A DNA stretch of 63,609 nt, the filler included, from Cladosporium halotolerans (lineage: Eukaryota), in the NCBI RefSeq assembly GCF_011745625.1. It is 42 parts of 42 records of this genome, joined end to end, with 100 filler letters (N's around TTAATTAATTAA, not from the genome) between each part and the next. Parts side by side here need not be neighbours in the genome. Positions count along the whole stretch, not along the records: positions 10,398 to 11,994 come from NW_027191823.1; positions 12,095 to 13,687 come from NW_027191824.1; positions 13,788 to 15,353 come from NW_027191825.1; positions 15,454 to 17,019 come from NW_027191826.1; positions 17,120 to 18,677 come from NW_027191827.1; positions 18,778 to 20,327 come from NW_027191828.1; positions 20,428 to 21,976 come from NW_027191829.1; positions 22,077 to 23,624 come from NW_027191830.1; 34 more parts are not named here. One strand, 5' to 3'. Shown one piece after another: positions 10,398 to 22,844 of this stretch. Under the pieces are notes generated by a model, which searched no databases, had not been told where the DNA came from, and saw only the letters and a program-made list of their open reading frames with translations. The position numbers and the translations under genes are program-made. How positions within the stretch are numbered: position 1 is the stretch's first letter; each line of letters starts with the position of its first letter.

Positions 10398-11994
10398 GAA
10401 GGCTCCCGCGTCAGAGAGCAAGCATCTCATACACCCAACCACGCTGGATGCGATCGTGCATGCGATGTTTGGGGCGATGAACAAGGGCTCGGCGTTCTGG
10501 AGCGCGGCTCTGCCCATAGCATTCGACAAGGTCGTGATCTCGGCCGACATGCCCACAGACGCGGACACGTGTCTGTCCGGCTTCGCCATCACAGACGTGA
10601 AAGAGACGACGCGAGAGGTGACTGCGGACGTATACGTCTCCTCTGACGACTGGGCGCGCCGACTGCTCCAGATAGAGGGCTTGCGGTGCACAGAACTGCC
10701 TTCACCGGAGGGTGTCCATAATGACGACGAGACACAGTCTGCCCCACTGGGCAGTGTCGCATGGCAGCCCGACCTTGACCTTTTAGACAACGATGGACTG
10801 AAAGCCTACATCATGAAGAGCGCCGAGCGAGATCAGCTCGGCGCCACCGAAGGTCGTGTCGCCGCGCTTTCAACCAGACTGCGAAGTGCGGTCGCACAGG
10901 TGAGTGTGACGCGTCGGAAGCGGTTTGAAGCAATCGTCGCACCTGGATTGACGCAACTCGCAGGTTTTGTATTTGGCAGCGTTCAAGACCCCGACACTTA
11001 GTATTCTGCAGGTTGGAGGGTTCAGCGAAGGCCTCACCGACACTTTCGTCGCCACGATAGCAAGCGACACAAACGTCCCCGCTGTGACAGCGGAGATGCT
11101 GGTCCTCGATTCCGAGGAGGAGAACATACGGCGGATCCGGGAACGGCAGTACGATGGTTGCTCCGTAGCCGCAACACATTGGAATCGGGCAGGCTCGCTG
11201 GTGTCGCACATACCGAAAGGTGACAAATTTGACGCCGTGCTACTCGTCGTTCCCGAGCACAACGACGAACAAGCGACGAGAGTGCTCGTGGCTCAAGCAC
11301 AGAATCTGTTGAAGGCCGGCGCGTTGCTGGTTGTGCTGGACACTATACAGAACACCCGAGCCAAGTGAGTCTCGCGCCCTCCCCAAACGTATCTCGCGCT
11401 ATACGTCGCACTAACGTCGACTTCAGCCTGGCCTTTTACGGTTTCGAGACGGCCCAGACATCTTCCAACAGACACCTTCGTCCGTGGCAGAGTTTAAACG
11501 TCGAAGATCCGGACTGCGGCAAAGCAGCCGCTCTATGCAGGGAAAGCCCTGCGACCATCTCCCGTGAAAGCATCGGTGTACCCATTTGCGTGCTCAAACC
11601 ACCGCATTGCACGGAAGAGACTGTCGACGTCATCTCTGCTCTGGAAGGAATACTCGACGATGCCGGACTGGAAGTCGCCGTCGAAGAGTGGCCACCGAGT
11701 GTCGCGCATGTGGAGGGCAAGTTTGTGATCTCGCTCTTGGATAACGAGGCATCCTTCTTGGGCAATATCGACGCTGCTGGTTTCGAGGTGCTCCGCGAAG
11801 TCGCGTTGCAAAGCAGACGGCTGCTCTGGATCTGCTCGGGCGACGATCCGCACATGGTCATCGCCCTTGGCTGGTTGCGTGTGCTACAGAACGAGAACGC
11901 GAACCGAGTCTATCAGCATTTGACCTTGACCAGGAAGAAGGCAGCAGCTCCTCAAAGCCGCAGTTGTGCGATCGCACGTCTGGCTCTGACTCAG
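10398..11994 (+). CDS. Highly reducing PKS internal fragment (DH C-terminal part, degenerate MT, structural KR), intron-containing
   Basis: DH catalytic motif LIHPTTLDAI, then VAWQPDLDLL, ILQVGG (not a canonical SAM motif), LLKAGALLV and LLWIC...GWLRVLQNE. GT-AG introns at about 10899..10963 and 11365..11427. Confidence 0.88.
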
Positions 11995-12094
11995 NNNNNN
12001 NNNNNNNNNNNNNNNNNNNNNNNNNNNNNNNNNNNNNNTTAATTAATTAANNNNNNNNNNNNNNNNNNNNNNNNNNNNNNNNNNNNNNNNNNNN

Positions 12095-13687
12095 GTGTGT
12101 TGGATGGTCTCGGGCTGCGGTGAGCGCGCGTGTCGCAAACCGTGTTTGTCTCTGGTCCAAAATCTCACCAGCGTACGGCAAGCATGCAGTTTGTAGTAGA
12201 AATGCTATCGGTGTAGATTTCAGCAGCCCTGTGATAGCTCTCGCTTGGCTGTTCAACAATAGTTGCAGCCTTCTCTCTAGATCCTTCTGGCGTCTCCACC
12301 ACACTTCTGCCCCGAATAAAGCAACGGAGCTGACGACTGCAAGGACTACGCGCCTCATGAGGCCGATCGATAGGCCGCCGTTTCGTCTGCTTAAGCTTGC
12401 CACGGCTTGTAGTGCACCCTTAGCGCTGGTGATCCTCTTCTCAAAGTGCGTCTTGAAAGTCAGCTTCGAGTCGAGCCAGAAGCCAAGCCACTTGGTCGCT
12501 CCCTGGTTGATGGGGCACGAATGCTCGCCGATCCGGACAATCGCTTGCTTTGCAGCCTGGAGGATCTTCCGCTTCTTGCTAAAAATCAATACTTCCGTCT
12601 TGCTCACCTCGAACTCGACCTTGTTGGCAGCGCCCCATTCCATTGCATGTCCGGCGATGCTTTCTAGTTCTTGTGTGCCTCCCTCCAGGGTGTCACATCG
12701 TAGCAGCAAGCCAACGTCGTCCACAAATGAAAGCGAGTGCAGCTTGGGGTGTCTGGTCTCAAGCCACTCAAACATGGAGCTGACTGAGAGTATGAACAGC
12801 ACTGGCGATACTGGCGAGCCTTGCGGCAGGCCTGCCTGTATGCCATGTGTCTCTCCCATTCTGCCATCGATGACTAGCAACGCTCTTCGGTCGGACATGA
12901 AGGACTTCACCCAGCGGATGATATTGCCGGCTATGCCGACCTCGACCATTCGCCGGAGCAGCTGGTGCTTGTCAACCCGGTCGTAGGCGCCTTTCACGTC
13001 CAGCAGCAGCGCGAGCGACATCTGCTTCCGCTCCCATGCAGCCTCGACCCTCGCCACGAGCTGAGAAACCGCGTCTGCAGTGCCTCGAGCCCGACGGGAC
13101 CCGAACTGTCCGCAATGGAAGATTTCGTTCGTCTCACAAAAGGACGCAATCGCCGTCGCCACCACTCTCTCCACTACTTTGCCGAGGCAACTGAGCAGGC
13201 TGATGACACGATATGCCTTGGCAACCGTGTAGGTAGGCTTGCCTTGCTTCCGCAGCAGAATCCCTTTGGCTGTCTTCCAAGTGCACGGGTGAAAACCAAG
13301 TTTGATGCAGCCTTGGACCAGTGACACGATCCGGTCCTCCGCCCACCGCCATAGCAGCCGGAGCGCTTTGAAGCCGAGGCCGTCCAGTCCTGGTGCTTTC
13401 TTGACCGGTTGTGCGAAGAGGGCTTCCTGCACGGCTTTGGCGTCGACGTGGACAACAGTATCCGGTATAGCGATGTCGTCGCCATCGTCCGTCTGGCACG
13501 GAAAGGCTTGGCTCATAAACACCTCTTCCTTATCCTCGGCGCTCGATGCCATTGAATCTGGCTGGCCCTCGGAGCCAATGACCTTGATGGCTGGCGTGTA
13601 CGAAGGCGTCTGCAGCTTGGTGTAACGCAGCGCCTTCCAGCATCTGCCGCTGTCGACAACGTTTTGCGCATCGTCATCTGTTGGGAA
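12095..13687 (-). mobile_element. Non-LTR retrotransposon (Tad1-like LINE) reverse transcriptase fragment
   Basis: Motifs KAPGLDG, YRVISLLSCLGKVVE, QFGSR, LLDVKGAYD, GLPQGSPVSP, FVDD and WLGFWLD in an uninterrupted frame. Confidence 0.95.
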
Positions 13688-13787
13688 NNNNNNNNNNNNN
13701 NNNNNNNNNNNNNNNNNNNNNNNNNNNNNNNTTAATTAATTAANNNNNNNNNNNNNNNNNNNNNNNNNNNNNNNNNNNNNNNNNNNN

Positions 13788-13885
13788 TTATCATGGAATC
13801 TGCCCCTTCTGCCAAATTTGGTGGCCCGTGCCTCCCATACATTATCATGGAATCTGCCCCGGAATCTTTGAAGGATTGTGGATAG
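13788..13885 (-). mobile_element. Probable DNA transposon terminus with internal 19-bp direct repeats
   Basis: TTATCATGGAATCTGCCCC occurs at 13788..13806 and 13842..13860. The reverse complement of 13866..13885 (CTATCCACAATCCTTCAAAG) matches 57011..57030 at 19 of 20 positions. Confidence 0.5.
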
Positions 13886-14146
13886 GCTTGTTATAAGATC
13901 AACGCCGAGATCATTCGGACACGAGAGCGTGCCAGCTCTCATTGAGATGTTTCGTAAGAGAACGATGTACAAGTACGATAGCACGCATTGCCAAACGACT
14001 AGAGGAGAGGCGCTTGTACGTTGTGGTGATGACGCAGAGTTGCTATGTGCCAAGCGCGGTTGCGGCCCGATTCATCCACACAACTTCATGTCTACTCTTC
14101 AGATCGATACCAGCTACGACTTATCAGCTGTGCTTACGATCTCTCT

Positions 14147-15010
14147 ATGACCGGCCGTGGCGCAAATGGCCCACCCCCACCTCGACCAACAACGCCTCAA
14201 GAACCGACTTTAGTCGCACGCCCAGTCCCTCACAAGAGAGCATTCCCTATCCAGTCGTTAGGGCCTGGTGTGGCCATTGATGCGAGTAATGACGACCCCA
14301 GCCGCTGGCTAGCGCATGCGCAGGAAGGATGGTGGAAAGAGTTCGAGCGTGTCGCCGGGCCGTGTGACTACGACGAGCGCGAGAACTACCTTGTCTTGAA
14401 TGCAATCCGCGGATCCGAGGCCGTCGTATGGCGAGAAGACGACGTTCTTGTCCCGCAGCCCACGTGGGGATTCCACGTGTTCTTGACAGACTATGATCAG
14501 GCTACAAGAGATAGTATACCGCGTGCGATGGACAATTGGGTCGAATTGATACGGCGGATGCAAGGTGCGAACGCGGATCCGCCTGATCTATATGGTGATG
14601 AGTCTTTCCGGCGCTTCAAGCTAGATCTTGTGGATGAGCAGGAGACATTAGCTGGAGCCTCTATTGACCGCGTACGAGAGTGCTTCCGGGCTCTTATTCG
14701 CAGTCTCGAGATTGCCGATGACTATGAAGGAGAGGATCGCTGGGTTCCGCCCACGCGTAACATGGTGTGCTTAGTTCTCAATGCCGACAAGGTCCAAATG
14801 CTCGCGAGTCTGACCCTTGGCGATGTTATGGACCCGGTTGATCTTTATCGAGCCCATGGATCGCATCGAGTGCAAGCAGTGGACATCATGTGGCAGCGTC
14901 CGGAGACTACGCGGAGCAAATATCGCGGGGTGAAGGATATCTCTATTGTCACTCTCGCTAGGACATACGGGGTACTTATGGACGGGAATCTTGGGGGATA
15001 TCATGAGTGA
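14147..15010 (+). CDS. Hypothetical fungal protein (WGFxxFxTDY-type), apparently complete and intronless
   Basis: ATG at 14147, stop at 15010. Contains PTWGFHVFLTDY...LAGASIDRVRECFRA...VCLVLN. Confidence 0.7.
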   Translation: MTGRGANGPPPPRPTTPQEPTLVARPVPHKRAFPIQSLGPGVAIDASNDDPSRWLAHAQEGWWKEFERVAGPCDYDERENYLVLNAIRGSEAVVWREDDVLVPQPTWGFHVFLTDYDQATRDSIPRAMDNWVELIRRMQGANADPPDLYGDESFRRFKLDLVDEQETLAGASIDRVRECFRALIRSLEIADDYEGEDRWVPPTRNMVCLVLNADKVQMLASLTLGDVMDPVDLYRAHGSHRVQAVDIMWQRPETTRSKYRGVKDISIVTLARTYGVLMDGNLGGYHE

Positions 15011-15255
15011 ATGGATTCATAGCTCAACGGAACACAGCTTTGAGTTCTTGACATTGGGCTATACGTATCATGTCCATGAGCATGATGTTTGATAGGCCCG
15101 TTATCCGACTGGGGATTTTTGCAGTAGAGATTTCTGGAATCTGGCACTAGACCATCTGCAAAAGTGGACCACGAAGCCTTACAATCTTGTCAATGCTGCA
15201 TCTGTCGGCGCAAAGCACGCCTTAGCACAGGTCCCATGGTGGAACAAAGCTCTTG

Positions 15256-15353
15256 ACCTCGCCAAAAGGCAACGGAGGAGAACACTGATCTCCTACTAAC
15301 CCTAAGGCGGCGCTAACCGTAAAAGGTTACAGAACTTCCGCTTACATCGACTT
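15256..15353. repeat. Dispersed repeat terminus with a 44-bp hairpin-containing unit followed by CCTAAGGCGGC
   Basis: 15257..15311 is identical to 31629..31683. Confidence 0.85.
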
Positions 15354-15453
15354 NNNNNNNNNNNNNNNNNNNNNNNNNNNNNNNNNNNNNNNNNNNNTTA
15401 ATTAATTAANNNNNNNNNNNNNNNNNNNNNNNNNNNNNNNNNNNNNNNNNNNN

Positions 15454-15550
15454 TGAATCTGATTATTCAGGTCCGAGCTCAATCAGGGACCTGATTGATT
15501 GATTACCTGATTGATTATCTGATTGAGAAAATCAAGATTCAAGATCTATG
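15454..15550 (-). mobile_element. Other end of the CATAGATCTTGAATCTTGA-TIR element
   Basis: Matches the TIR at 10200..10218 and has CTGATTG repeats. It supplies the premature stop of the adjacent GT90 gene. Confidence 0.75.
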
Positions 15551-16483
15551 GCGTCCAGACCACGAGCGACCTTCAGTGTGGACAAGAAAAGCGTAGGAGC
15601 AAAAGTCTTCTGTGGATATAAAACCCGACCGTGTCGACCAATCAAATTCAGCCACATCGGCCCAGGATTTGTCTCGCGTCGCTTCCACAAGATTACCTCT
15701 CACTTCAAGATTTGTCCAAATAGCGCCTCGCCACATTAATTTCGGGATCTTTTCTTGGATGATCTCGTTCGCTTCTTTGCCGTGCAAGCGCATATCGGCG
15801 AAAGAACCCGCAACACCCTTCCAAGACCAGTAGTTGAAGTCAGGTACCAGAAAAATGCCGTCGTGAGCGGGGTCGCCGGGCTTCCGAGAGAAAGCCCATA
15901 TCACGGACTCATCTCCATTCTGGCCACCGACGGTGTCCGGTCGATCTTCAACGCTGAGTGGGAATTCGATGTCTGGGAGATTTTCTCCCGCCGCAGTGGC
16001 CCCGAGAAGGGCGCGGTGGATTTGCTGCCATGCGGCCACGGCTCGCTCGGGCAATTGCGAACCTTCAACGCCGAAGATACCTTTGGTTTGTAGGATACGA
16101 AGTCGGTTGTTGTAAATCAAACACCGAGAGACACCACCTCCCCAGCGATCGAGTGAGGTGTCATTGATGGTTATCTGGCGCGGGAGTTGACTGGTCCAGA
16201 AGGCATGCGCCCGATCGATCTCACGCCATAAGTTTGGAAATGCCGCGTCGCACTGTTTTGCATCGAGTGCAACGTTTTCGGAGTGCTTGTCTGCATCATA
16301 GCGCCATTCTGTCGTATTGCCAGCTTCTGTGAATGTCTTTGAAGTCGCATGAGGACGTGGCCGCAACGTTCCGGTCTTGTCTAACAAAACACACGTGTGC
16401 GAAACAATACCGCTTTGAACAATACATACGATGATGAGCACAGCGAGAAGTGCTCTGATCGTACGGTAAGCGAGGAATTGCAT
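15551..16483 (-). pseudogene. Glycosyltransferase family 90 (CAP10-like) protein, 3'-truncated by transposon insertion
   Basis: N-terminal membrane anchor, then QCDAAFPNLWREID, LPDIEF, VPDFNYWSW, KIPKLMWRG and HTEGRSWSGR, which is followed directly by the TIR (CAT AGA TCT TGA). Confidence 0.85.
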
Positions 16484-17119
16484 TGGATGAAAATAGTTGG
16501 TCGGGTAGCAAAGAATCTGGCCAAGTTGTACGGGTGCCGTTGGGGTTGCGAAGTCACGAAGACATGAGTGGAATGGGAAGCTGATTCAACCAGGTTGCGG
16601 AACGCTGTTCTTTTGAGTCGTTAATATACCCAGCTCTAGGCTGCTGCAATAGTAGCCTTCGTTCGCTAAAGACATCTTCCGGCGGATCCGCAATTTCGCG
16701 AGAAGGGATAATGCGGCGCGGAGCACCAGGTTACGAGGCTCCTCTTCGATTGGCGGTGCCAACCGCTTCTCTACAGAAGCGACAGGGATATTAGACTTTC
16801 CAGAGGTTTGACTTCGGCAAGTTCAGTGGCCCTCCGTAGAATCTTACGCCGCGACCTAATCACTACTGGTTTCAAACAGCACGAAGAGGCGCACGTTAAG
16901 ACTGCAATATATGCCGGCGTTACCAACCTTTGCTACAACTTGCGACTGGAACTGGCGCTGTTTCACCACCAGATCACGGCAGTTGGAGGGGTCGTCTGGG
17001 AGGAGGGGCCGGGTGGGGGNNNNNNNNNNNNNNNNNNNNNNNNNNNNNNNNNNNNNNNNNNNNTTAATTAATTAANNNNNNNNNNNNNNNNNNNNNNNNN
17101 NNNNNNNNNNNNNNNNNNN

Positions 17120-18677
17120 TTTTTTTTTTTTTAAATCATACTGCATTCAAGCTAAATAGCTTATGGCACGTCGACTATCTTCGCGACGATCTCTATGGCT
17201 TCTATGTTTGCTCTCGCCTCGGACTTCATCCGTACAACCTTGCTCGCTGTCCCGACTTTACCAAGTCGCCACAGCTTTTGGGCTTGCGCCCTCCTACTTT
17301 CTTGTCGTTGTCCCGCCTCATCTCTCACCTCACCCCCTTCTGTCTCCCAACATCCTATCTTCCTCATCTGCACTCCAATCCAGCCTTTCGATATCCCACG
17401 AGTCATTCATGTTCGCGTCTCCGGTCAGCTTCTTGCCCACTTCTGTGTTGTCGATAAACTGAAGGACTTCTGTAATAGCCTCGTGTGCAAACAGTGTCCT
17501 CAGGTCTGCCTGCTGTCGCCTTCCGCTGATCGCGACCTTTCTCTCGCGCAGCTTCTGCAGCATAGAATCGCGCTGCCTTCGCCACTTCCGGCATTTTAAC
17601 AAGAGATGCACGACTGTTTGACTGCTCTCGCCACACCACCAGCATTGTGCATCTTGGGCCTTACCGATTCTCAGTAAGTGGGCCCCGGTGACCGCATGGC
17701 CAGACTTGAGCTGCAAGTAGCGAGCTGCAACAGATTTCTTCGCGTCTTTGAGATGTTTGTTGATCTTGGTTGTTGGCTTCCACCTCTCCTTGATGGCTTG
17801 TTTCACGTACGATAGCGAGGCTGATCGCATTTCCTTGGGTTGTTGACTGGCTGCTCGTTGTGCTGTGGCGCGTGCTAACTTGTAGCCTTCTACATCATCG
17901 CGATATGAAAGCCATGTCAAGACCACTCGGCCTCCTGCGTCTTCGAGGCCTTGTGTGTGTCTTTTGATACCGGTGATTACCGGTAGGGTCCATTGCTCGC
18001 GGTTCTGGATGGCTGTCAGTGCAGCCTGCGACTCCGTAGCAATCTCGGCGCGGCAGTGATCTGTCCTGGAGAGTGTTGAGTTGAGGTTCTTCACACCAAT
18101 GCCGATGGCGAATAACGCAGCATCAGCTGTCGTGATGTGATTGCCCAGCGATGACATTTTGGTCTTCCATGCATACTGTTCTTTCCATGCCACCCCTAGG
18201 CCAAAGCTTACATCATTGGCTGTGCTCACAAACACTGTCAGCTGTTGCGGATTGTCCGGCTGCATCCTTTGCGGCGTCTGTAAGTAGCCTTGGGTCCGGA
18301 TTACTGGGCTTGCTGTAGGCGAGTCCACCTTGCGCGGCAGCTCGAATCCATACTCGGTGTCGTAGCTGACGTGCCTCACTATCTGCTGTGCAAGTCTGCT
18401 TCCGAACGATCGGTGCGTCTTTCCCGGACTCATCCAGCCGATGCTCGACGGCTGGCCCGTTGCTCCTTCGTGTCGGTAAAGTTCACCGTGGCGGAAGTTG
18501 GCAGGCAGCAGCTGGTGCGTTGGATGATCTCCGTTCGCATTGAGTGCTCGCACCGCGAACCTGGTCTGACGATGATCGAGGAGGTCTTGGGCGGTGGGTA
18601 AGCAGGACTCAGCCCGAAGGAAGGCTCGAGGGGTTGATCTCAACAGCCCTGTGATGGCCCTTGCCTGGCTGTTCAGC
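17120..18677 (-). mobile_element. Tad1-like LINE 3' end: degenerate RNase H, C-terminal zinc knuckle, 3' UTR and poly(A) tail
   Basis: ORF 17330..18643 has YLQLKSGHA and CWWC...HLLLKC. It overlaps in homology with the end of the RT at 12095. A T13 run at 17120..17132 is the poly(A) tail on the minus strand. Confidence 0.9.
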
Positions 18678-19665
18678 NNNNNNNNNNNNNNNNNNNNNNN
18701 NNNNNNNNNNNNNNNNNNNNNTTAATTAATTAANNNNNNNNNNNNNNNNNNNNNNNNNNNNNNNNNNNNNNNNNNNNGTTTTCACGGTCATGACGTCACA
18801 AGCACGATGCTCCATGGATCACCCCAACCCTAACCCTAACAACCCACAACCTAAGAGAAGAGTCGACTTGGAAAGTGCTTCGGCGCAATCTGGCCACAAC
18901 GACGACGCTCAGACAATCAACGTTGCTTTCCTGATGATTCCATGGTGGCGACGATAATACCAGGCTTGTATGGGTATGTAGATGTGTGCAGCTCACCAGT
19001 CGTGACCGAAGTTGAGATTGAAGGACTTACTGGGCAGCTGCGGCTGCAAAACGACTGCGCTGTTCGTCGGACAGCTGCACCACACACGTTCAGACGATTG
19101 GCAAGATTCAAGCAAAAGCCCGCTATGGCAAGGCTGCGTGCGAAGGCTCCAGCTTGACAACCGGTCTCTGGGGTGTAGCCCCGAACAATGACGGGCATAC
19201 ATTCGGCCCCTCAGCATCATGGTGAGCTTTCGATAGTACGCTGCAGCAGCACTGCCTACAATAGCGCTCTGATGTAAACCGACGGAGATCTAGATTCATG
19301 CGCCGCTGTGAGGTACAATACTGTACAATACGCGTTGCGCTGCGTTGCGCGCCATCGCACGCAATGTCACCCTGGGGTCGCAGTCTCCAGGCTCACGACC
19401 CCTTCGCAATCATGGGAAATTTACAAAAGGGGGTCGATTTAGAGTGAGAAATACCGCAGTGGCAGAGGGGTCCGACGCGGATTGAGGGACACCAGGTGTG
19501 TATCTGTTATTGTTGGCACGACGCCCTGGCTTATGATCATCTGCTCTATTCAGTGTTGCGGTATGTTCTTCCATTGAACAGCTGCTTGACAAGTACATAC
19601 ATATCTTAAATCTGTCTACTGCAATTGGTGACACGTGGAAATCAGGCTCGTGCGCCGCACCGGTG

Positions 19666-20311
19666 ATGCCCCTGCCGTCATTTCGAGAACTCTGTAGGGG
19701 CGCGGGGATATTCGTGTTTTCTGGCAATGAAAAGCCCAGATATGACAGCTGCGACAACTCATTCGGCAATCGAAGCAACATCAAGGCCCCCAACAAGGCT
19801 CACGGCGGACATCCGAAGCCGGAGCACCAATGCAAGGAGTGCGCGAAGCGGTTCCGCCGCAAAGCCGATATGAAGAGGCATGAGAGGGGACGGCTCCCAA
19901 CAGTGTCGCCATCTAAACAAGCACTGACGTACAATGAGGTGCGAGTAGAATGCGGCTGCCAAGGAATTTGGAGCGTCCGCGAGCTGCTCATGTACGCAAA
20001 CAGTTTTGAGAGCGACTTTGGCCTCGATTTCGCGGGGGCCGATGGGTATTACGGGCATAGGCGGAAATCCCCGAAGCTAGCTTTATATCGCTTAGCTTAG
20101 AAATCTTAGCCAATTAAGACAGGCTTCGCCCTCTGTCCCCGCGAAAGCCGACTGTCAGGTCGCGGCCGTGTCAGAACTGTCCAGTCGACCCCAGGTCCAG
20201 CCAACCGCATTCTACTCGCACTCGGTTATAACGACAGACGCACAACGATGCACGTCCGAAAGTATGCCCGTATTGTCCCAAAACGTTCGCACGCGACGAC
20301 ACGCTGAAGAG
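19666..20311 (+). CDS. C2H2 zinc-finger protein, 5' fragment (two fingers, possibly decayed)
   Basis: First finger HQCKECAKRFRRKADMKRHE. A second exon 20238..20311 (flanked by AG and GT) reads THNDARPKVCPYCPKTFARDDTLKR. No GT donor is visible right after the first finger. Confidence 0.6.
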
Positions 20312-20427
20312 GTAAATCGGGTTGGTTNNNNNNNNNNNNNNNNNNNNNNNNNNNNNNNNNNNNNNNNNNNNTTAATTAATTAANNNNNNNNNNNNNNNNN
20401 NNNNNNNNNNNNNNNNNNNNNNNNNNN

Positions 20428-20771
20428 GTGCTGCGGGAGCTTGGCCCGGTGTCGGGTTCAAGCTGTTCAGACCGTAGCTGCTCCATCTGCAGGGCTATTC
20501 CATCGCCTTCATGCTGCGCGGAGATCCTCCGACGCCTTAGTAAAGCATCCAGAGGCCGTTGGGATCGGGCACGGGCGACATACTCGCAAATAACGCCACG
20601 GCTGCTGCATCCAGCACAAATTGGTCTTCTGTCACAACGTTTCTTCAGCCTACGGCATTCCTCGCAAACCCCCTCTGACCTTTTTGGCCGTCTCACTTGT
20701 CCAGAGATGGCAAGTCGCTGCGACTTCAGGTATCGACGATTTCCCAGCTTGCTGGAATAAGAGATGGTCAT
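20428..20771 (-). CDS. Zn(II)2Cys6 transcription factor, second copy (5' fragment)
   Basis: Zinc cluster CEECRRLKKRCDRRPICAGCSSRGVIC. The block 20428..21499 is colinear with 2355..3426. Confidence 0.85.
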
Positions 20772-22844
20772 GTCAAAAGAGCGACACTTGTTGTTCGGGG
20801 CAAAGAAAAGTGAAAAATTTCAAACATTCCTCGTCAGAGGATAGACATTCTCGATAATTGCTGTCAGCGCCGTTGACGTGAAGATTTCAATGCGCGCACA
20901 GCATGCTGAAGTATGCCGGCGCTGACCTGGACCTCTTGCACACTTCTGCCTGATGCTGCCTTGAAGATTCAGTCGCAAAAGGCGCCAAGTGTATTGGCAC
21001 ACATTTCAGGACTCGTCAATATCCTGGTTCGCCCCAAAGGACGGACTTGACCGCCAAATCCCTAGCCTCCAGATTGTATTGGATAGCGTCAGCTGAAGAA
21101 TAGAGCAGCATGTGAAGCACGACCTGCACCTAGAAGCCAGGGGCTGTCATCGTCATAATTGACGCCACTCAATCAGCACCCAGGGGTTGGCTGCGTCGCC
21201 TCGTTGCTTGGATGGCCTTCACACCTCCGATTCGCGAAGTCGGACGACGAAGACGTACCGACCGGGTTCCACAGCTGAAGCAAGCGCCACCTGCCAGGGA
21301 TCCGGCGTCATCCAAGCACGAACACTAAGCCAACATGAGACGGCACGTGGGAGCGGGCTACCCATGGTCTCTTCGGCTGAACACTGAAGTTGAAGCGTGA
21401 ACTATGCGCGAGGCGAGAAGGCCGACGTCCCGTTACTGGGCCGTGCTTCTTCGAAGTGAAGAGACCGGATTTTGCTTGGAAAACCGGGCCTTCCGGATCC
21501 TTCCTCATGATCTTCGATCTCGAAGATGGCCATCGCTAGCACGGTCGCGTGCGCACTGTTTGTTGCAGCAGATGCTGAGGAGATGCGAATTTGGGTCAAC
21601 ATGAGTAGCATTGATATCAAGGTGGATCTTAATTGCCGCTTGATAATAAGACTCTATCAACACTCCACGTCATCGGCGCCTTCACTACATGCGTGGCGTG
21701 GGGATATATCACCCCTGACAGCCTTCGTTAGGGAGCGAGTCGTCCCAACCCTTCTTGCAGAGATGCAGTTCCGGTCAGGTCACGCGATGCACAAAATTGT
21801 ACAGAACGTGAATTGAATGATCAGACTCCTCAGTCTCCGTAGCTGGTCAAGACCTCGGACATGTTGTACACTTTTCAATTTCTTGGACGATCAGTTCTAT
21901 GTCGGGCGTGTCAGTTTACCTGGGTACCAAGGTCTCCCAATACAGACTTACTTCTCACTTTATCTATGCTCAGACANNNNNNNNNNNNNNNNNNNNNNNN
22001 NNNNNNNNNNNNNNNNNNNNTTAATTAATTAANNNNNNNNNNNNNNNNNNNNNNNNNNNNNNNNNNNNNNNNNNNNGGAGAGACATGCGACCATATCTCC
22101 GACAGTTCGTCGAAACCATGAGACGTTGGAAAATCTTCAGCGCATCTTGTTTGACGCAGTGCCCTGAAAATGATACTCGACTAAATAGAAGCTACTCTGC
22201 ACACCATCTTTTGGCTTGTGGCTAGCTGGCGAAAGGGGATTGTCAGATTGCGATTGAGGCAGGAGACTCTGGTGGCGGCGAGCCTCGCCATTGAGTCGCC
22301 GGGGAGGAATGTTAACCTATGCAACTCTTCGTAAGGCGTTGTCCAAGGCCAAATGAACCGACGCCTTATCGACTACGACAGAGGGTCGGTGTGGCTGTGA
22401 ATGCAACAGATTTAGTGTAAATCTGAGGTCAGAGGTTGGTCGCTGGCACCGCTTACGGTACTATTTGCTCCTACCGAAGAATGTAGCCGTGGAATCGCAT
22501 CAGATTTGTTGCTGTGACCAGAGACCGCAACAAAGGAGGTCTCATCTTGTCAACGCACAACTACGGATGGACCTGTGGGTGATCAGGATGGTCGGCGCTA
22601 AGATCATTCGCAGGGATGAGCGGACGGTCGAAATGAGCCTAATCAGCCTCCCCAAGCCGACGATTGCGGCTGTGCAAGGATGCTTCCGGATGGACAGGTC
22701 GGTTGCGTTCCATGAGCTTCCCGCACAGAGCCCTATCGTCCAGGGGTCGCTTCTTCCATCATAAATACCTCAAGACTGGGCCCCTGGTTCCTTTCCTTTT
22801 CACTACACAACGAGCTCGGCTCATCTTTCAGAATCTTCAGGATC

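Noticed and set aside
15291..15311. CTAACCCTAA as the telomerase RNA template
   Set aside because: It lies in a multicopy repeat terminus with unrelated flanks. No other telomerase RNA feature can be supported.
18822..18854. CCCCAACCCTAACCCTAAC as a telomere
   Set aside because: Only about two perfect units, internal and degenerate.
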